Assembly: GCA_964016885.1 (NCBI GenBank)
Contig: OZ024746.1
Span: forward strand, 98,890,001-98,954,000
DNA: 64,000 nucleotides
Reading direction: 5' to 3'
From: Eledone cirrhosa
Lineage: Eukaryota
A model generated the notes under the pieces. That model had not been told where the DNA came from, did no database searches, and was given only the letters and a program-made list of their open reading frames with translations. Both the position numbers and the translations under genes were made by a program. Shown piece after piece: positions 59,896 through 64,000 of the stretch. How positions within the stretch are numbered: the first letter of the stretch is position 1; each line of letters begins with the position of its first letter.

Positions 59896-62800
59896 GGCAA
59901 GACTGGTTGTCCTTCTCGTATAGGACTATCTGGCGGGTTTTCTATGGCTGGATGCCCTTCCTAACACCAACCACATTTACAGTGTGGACTGGGAGGTTTT
60001 TACCGTTTACATGGCCACAGTACAGCGTGGACTGTGTGTTTTTTTGTTGTGACACCTACACAACCTCATTTATTTCGGACTGGATGTTGTGGTACCAACA
60101 TAACTTTACAGAGAAAGGGGTGGTGTAGATGGGGGTGTATTTTTGGTTAGGAGATGCCTACTGACTGTAGGTTTCGCTTTGTACTTAGGTAAGGCGAGTC
60201 TTCTGTATTACTGTGTAGCGCCAAAGATTTCGGTCCAGTGACATTGTCGTAGAGAGGTGCAAGTGTGTAAGGTCGGGATTTATCAAATCGTTCCAGGTTT
60301 TTCTGGGTCTGCCTACTCCGTAATTTCCATCAATTTTGATCGCCCTGCACTTTTTTTATACAGCTGTCGTCTTTCATGTGCATCACGTGACCATACCAAC
60401 GTAGTCTTCTCTTGAGTAAACAGCATCTGATCCCTCTTATTCCTAATTTCTCACTTAGTTCAATTATGCTTTGCCGTTCACGTATATTACTATTACACAT
60501 CCAACGTCATTACACATTATTACACATTCAATGTCTCATTGCCATGTAACATAGCTGTTCGTATGCAGGCATCCTACAATCTGCCTTTCCTTTTTAGGGA
60601 GAAACCTTTAGCAGCCAATAGTGGTATAAGTTCTCTGAACTTTTTCCATCCAGTTCTGACTCTGGCTACTGTACTTTCAGAGCACCCTCCACCACTGCTG
60701 ATTTTGTCACCCAGGTAACGGAAGGTGTCCACTATTTCTATAGAGCCATCTGGGCAATAGAAGGAGCTAGTATCCTGTGGGCACTTGCTACTACTCACTG
60801 CACCTGAGCACCGGCCGCATATAAAATCTGTTCTTAGTTAGTTTACCTGTGATCCCACTACATCTTTTATACACTTTGCATTTGGGACATAAAATAGAGT
60901 TTCTGCCTATTCCTTTCCTACACACTGAGCATGGCCATTTCCCGGAGGGGACCAGTGCCCTATTTTCGTTCCTACATACTAGAACTTTAGTCTTAGACAA
61001 GTTAATTTTAAGGCCTTTTGATTCTAGGCCATGCTTCCAAGTTTGGAATTTCTTCTCTAGTTCAGCCATTGATTCAGCTATGAGCGTTAGATCATCTGCA
61101 TATAGAAGTTCCCATGGGCAACCGGTCTTGAACTCCTCTGTTATAGCCTGAAGGGCAGTTATAAATAGGAGGGGGCTAAAGACAGAGCCCTGATGAACAC
61201 CGACTTTTACGCTAAATTCTTCACTATATTCGTTGTTAATTCTAACCTTGTTGACTGTTTCTTTATACATGGCTTGTATAGCTCTCACGAGCCATTCATC
61301 AACACCTAGTTTTCTAAGAACCCACCAGATAATGGAGCGGGGGACTCTGTCAAAGGCTTTCTCCAAGTCAACAAAAGCTAAGTATAGGAGTTTACTTTTA
61401 GCTAGGTACTTCTCTTGTAGTTGTCGTACAAGGAAAAGAGCGTCTGTGGTACTTTTACCTGACACAAACCCAAACTGCATTTCATCTAGATCAATTCTCT
61501 CTCTGATTAGTTGCGCTATAACTTTTTCTGTGCCCTTCATGACCTGGTCAATTAATTTAATGCCTCTATAGTTACCCCTATCTAGGGCATCTCCTTTACC
61601 CTTGTAGCAGTTAATGATGATGCTGCTACGCCAGTCATTTGGTATGACCCCATTCTGTATGACTTGGTTTACTATCCGGGAGACCATAGTGTGTCTCACC
61701 GATCCAGATGCTTTCAGCATTTCAGCAACTATCTCCGAAGGCCCAGCTGCTTTGCCTGTCTTCATATCTTTGATTGCCTTACTTATTATACTACCTTCAA
61801 CTTGCACTGCTGGTCCCTCTATTGGATCGATTTGGGGCAGACTATCTTTTTCCCACTTATTCTCCTCATTTAGTAGCCTCTCGTAGTGACACTTCCAAGC
61901 TACCTTCTTATCAGTATCAGTGATGGCAAGTACGCCATCATCGTTACGAACCTACTTCTCCCCGACAATATCACAGTTTTCCTTAACACATTGTCTTGCA
62001 AACCTGAACACCTCACGTTTTTGGTCCTCGCATTGTAGAACATGCTTGAACTTTATTTCCTCTGCTTCCCTTCTTGCAAGGTACACTTGTCTCCTAGCTT
62101 CCCTCCTGGCCACTTGATAGTCTTCTCTACATCCCCCATCCCCCCATACTTTCCAAGTTTGCTTTTTGGCCTTGATTGACTCCTCCACCTTACTGTTCCA
62201 CCACCATATAACTCTCCTCCTGCCTATAGGTCTGCTCCAGCCACAGGTTTCATCTGTCGCCTTCAGCAGGTTAACTTTCAGGAATTCCCACTGTTCCTCT
62301 ATACTGTACGTCTCTAATTGCTCTTCCTTATTGTCAAAAGCATCAAGTAGTATGCTTTTAAATTTGTTACTGGCTGTGGGGTCCTTTAACTTCCATATTC
62401 TTCTCCTCAGGGTAGTCCTCCTCTTGTTGAGTACGTCTAGTCCTAACTATGAGGCTATGTTGGGAGGTGCATTCTTCGCGGGGGAGGGATTTAGTGTTTA
62501 CAACTGACACTTTGTCACGTATTCTGGTGAGGATATAATCTATCTGACTGGCATGTTCCCCTGATCTATAGGTGATCAAGTGATTGTCTCGTTTTTTGAA
62601 GTTTGTGTTACAGATAGTTAGGTTATTTGTGTCACAGAATTCCAGAATTCTGAAGCCTTCCTCATTTCTGGTACCAAACCCGTAGCCTCCATGGATTCCG
62701 TCATAGCCGTCACAATGTTGTCCAACATGACCATTTAGGTCGCCAGCAATAATTATGTAGTCACTGTCGGTTAGTTGGGAGGTAGTGAGTATTAGCGACT

Positions 62801-63480
62801 CATAGAATCTGTCTTTTATAACGCCAGGCAGTCCAGATTGGGGTGCGTAAGCAGATATTATTGTCACAGTAGTTCTATTTAGGACAAGTCTTATTTTGAT
62901 TATTCTGTCGTTCACTCTATTTACGTCAATTACCTTATCTACCTATTTTTCTGCTAACATAATTCCTACTCCACCCAGCCCATTTTCATTTCCCACCCAG
63001 AAAAGTTTATAGCATCGTTTTTTACCCACAATGAATCTAGCAGACCCACCCCTCCACCTAGTCTCTTGGACGCAACAAGCATCAACTTCCTTACATTCAA
63101 GCATCTCTGCAACCTCGTTAGAGCGACCTTTTAAAGTGCCTATATTCATGGTACCAACTCTGAAGTTTTGAATTTTGTTTGATAGCTGGAAGGTGTTGGG
63201 AGGGGTGAGGGAGATGGGGTTATGTTTGCCATCCGCGTCTGAAATAAAGAGGAATCCTTGCATTTTTGTCCGGCCACATGAGGTGTATTTATCTTTATCT
63301 TTGACATTGTCATTTGAGTGTCCAGATTCTTCGTACTCTCCAGAATCCCACAGTCCATCTAGCATATCAAAGGCAACCAGGTTTAAACTTAAGGAGTGAA
63401 TAGTCGAGGCGGTGGTTTTGTGTAAGAGATTGGTAAGAGAGACGTATAAGCCGCTGAATTATGATTGGACCCTCTAATAA
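59896..63480 (-). mobile_element. Near full-length RTE LINE (APE, RT, PHD-like finger), inactivated
   Basis: RVGTMNIGTL..CCVQETRW..GGVGIM, ISAYAPQSG, GDLNGHVG, SQIDYIL, complete RT motifs in ORF 60791-61807; stops and frameshifts; 5' boundary approximate. Confidence 0.95.
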
Positions 63481-63689
63481 TGGTGGCAGGGGGTGGCGAC
63501 TGGGGGAGGGGGGAAATGGGGAAGTTAACTAGAAGGTTATTTTTAAAAATCTAAACCTATAAATGGACATATAACAGTAATCAGTGTTTAAATACGAGAT
63601 GGTTATTAAACGAACGTATAACAGTAATCAGAGTTTAAATACAAGATTGTTTTTGAGGGTCTGACAGAATTAACAAATAAAATAGCTTG

Positions 63690-63885
63690 GATTCTAAGTA
63701 AATGGACTGTGTAAAAACATAGAGAGAGAGACAAGAAAATGGTCGTCCCAAGAAAACATACGTCAAGCAACTTGAGGACGATACTGGATACACTGCGGAA
63801 GAACTGGCAAACGCTATGAGAGACAGAGATGGATGGAGGAAACGTGTCGTAGAAAGCCGAGCAAGCTCGACCTGATGATGATGAT
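63690..63885 (+). mobile_element. 3' end of another RTE-type LINE
   Basis: GRPKKTYVKQLEDDTG..EELANAMRDRDGWRKRV..* followed by (TGA)n. Confidence 0.7.
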
Positions 63886-64000
63886 ATATATATATGTGAA
63901 ACTATGTATATATATATGTGAAACTATGTATGTATATGGGAAACTATATATATGTGAAACTATATATATGTGAAACTGTATATATATGTGAAACTATGTA

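Overview
AT-rich, repeat-dense eukaryotic DNA. The SINE, RTE-LINE and MITE families resemble, from recall rather than a search, those of an octopod cephalopod. One host gene can be reconstructed: a + strand BTB-BACK-Kelch (KLHL9/13-like) gene with four coding exons, join(22969..24078,47040..47217,58208..58422,58602..58877), 592 aa, with introns of about 23 kb, 11 kb and 0.18 kb. Almost everything else is mobile DNA: a decayed IR/DR-type Tc1 (DD34E), several RTE LINEs with a PHD-like finger, two Penelope-like elements, Tx1/L1 and CR1 3' ends, two tRNA-derived SINE families, piggyBac-, hAT-, Sola- and pogo-like MITEs, a Helitron, and many minisatellites amplified from TE interiors. The most notable signals are: (1) several hammerhead-ribozyme motifs, including a U3-A8 core variant with compensatory stem III changes and a non-coding fold-back element with one hammerhead per arm; (2) a strong orientation bias of the piggyBac-like MITE across the probable transcription unit; (3) a 71-bp TTAA-to-TTAA target duplication; (4) higher-order structure in an RTE-3'UTR-derived satellite. 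The long repetitive ORFs in the ORF track are repeat artefacts.
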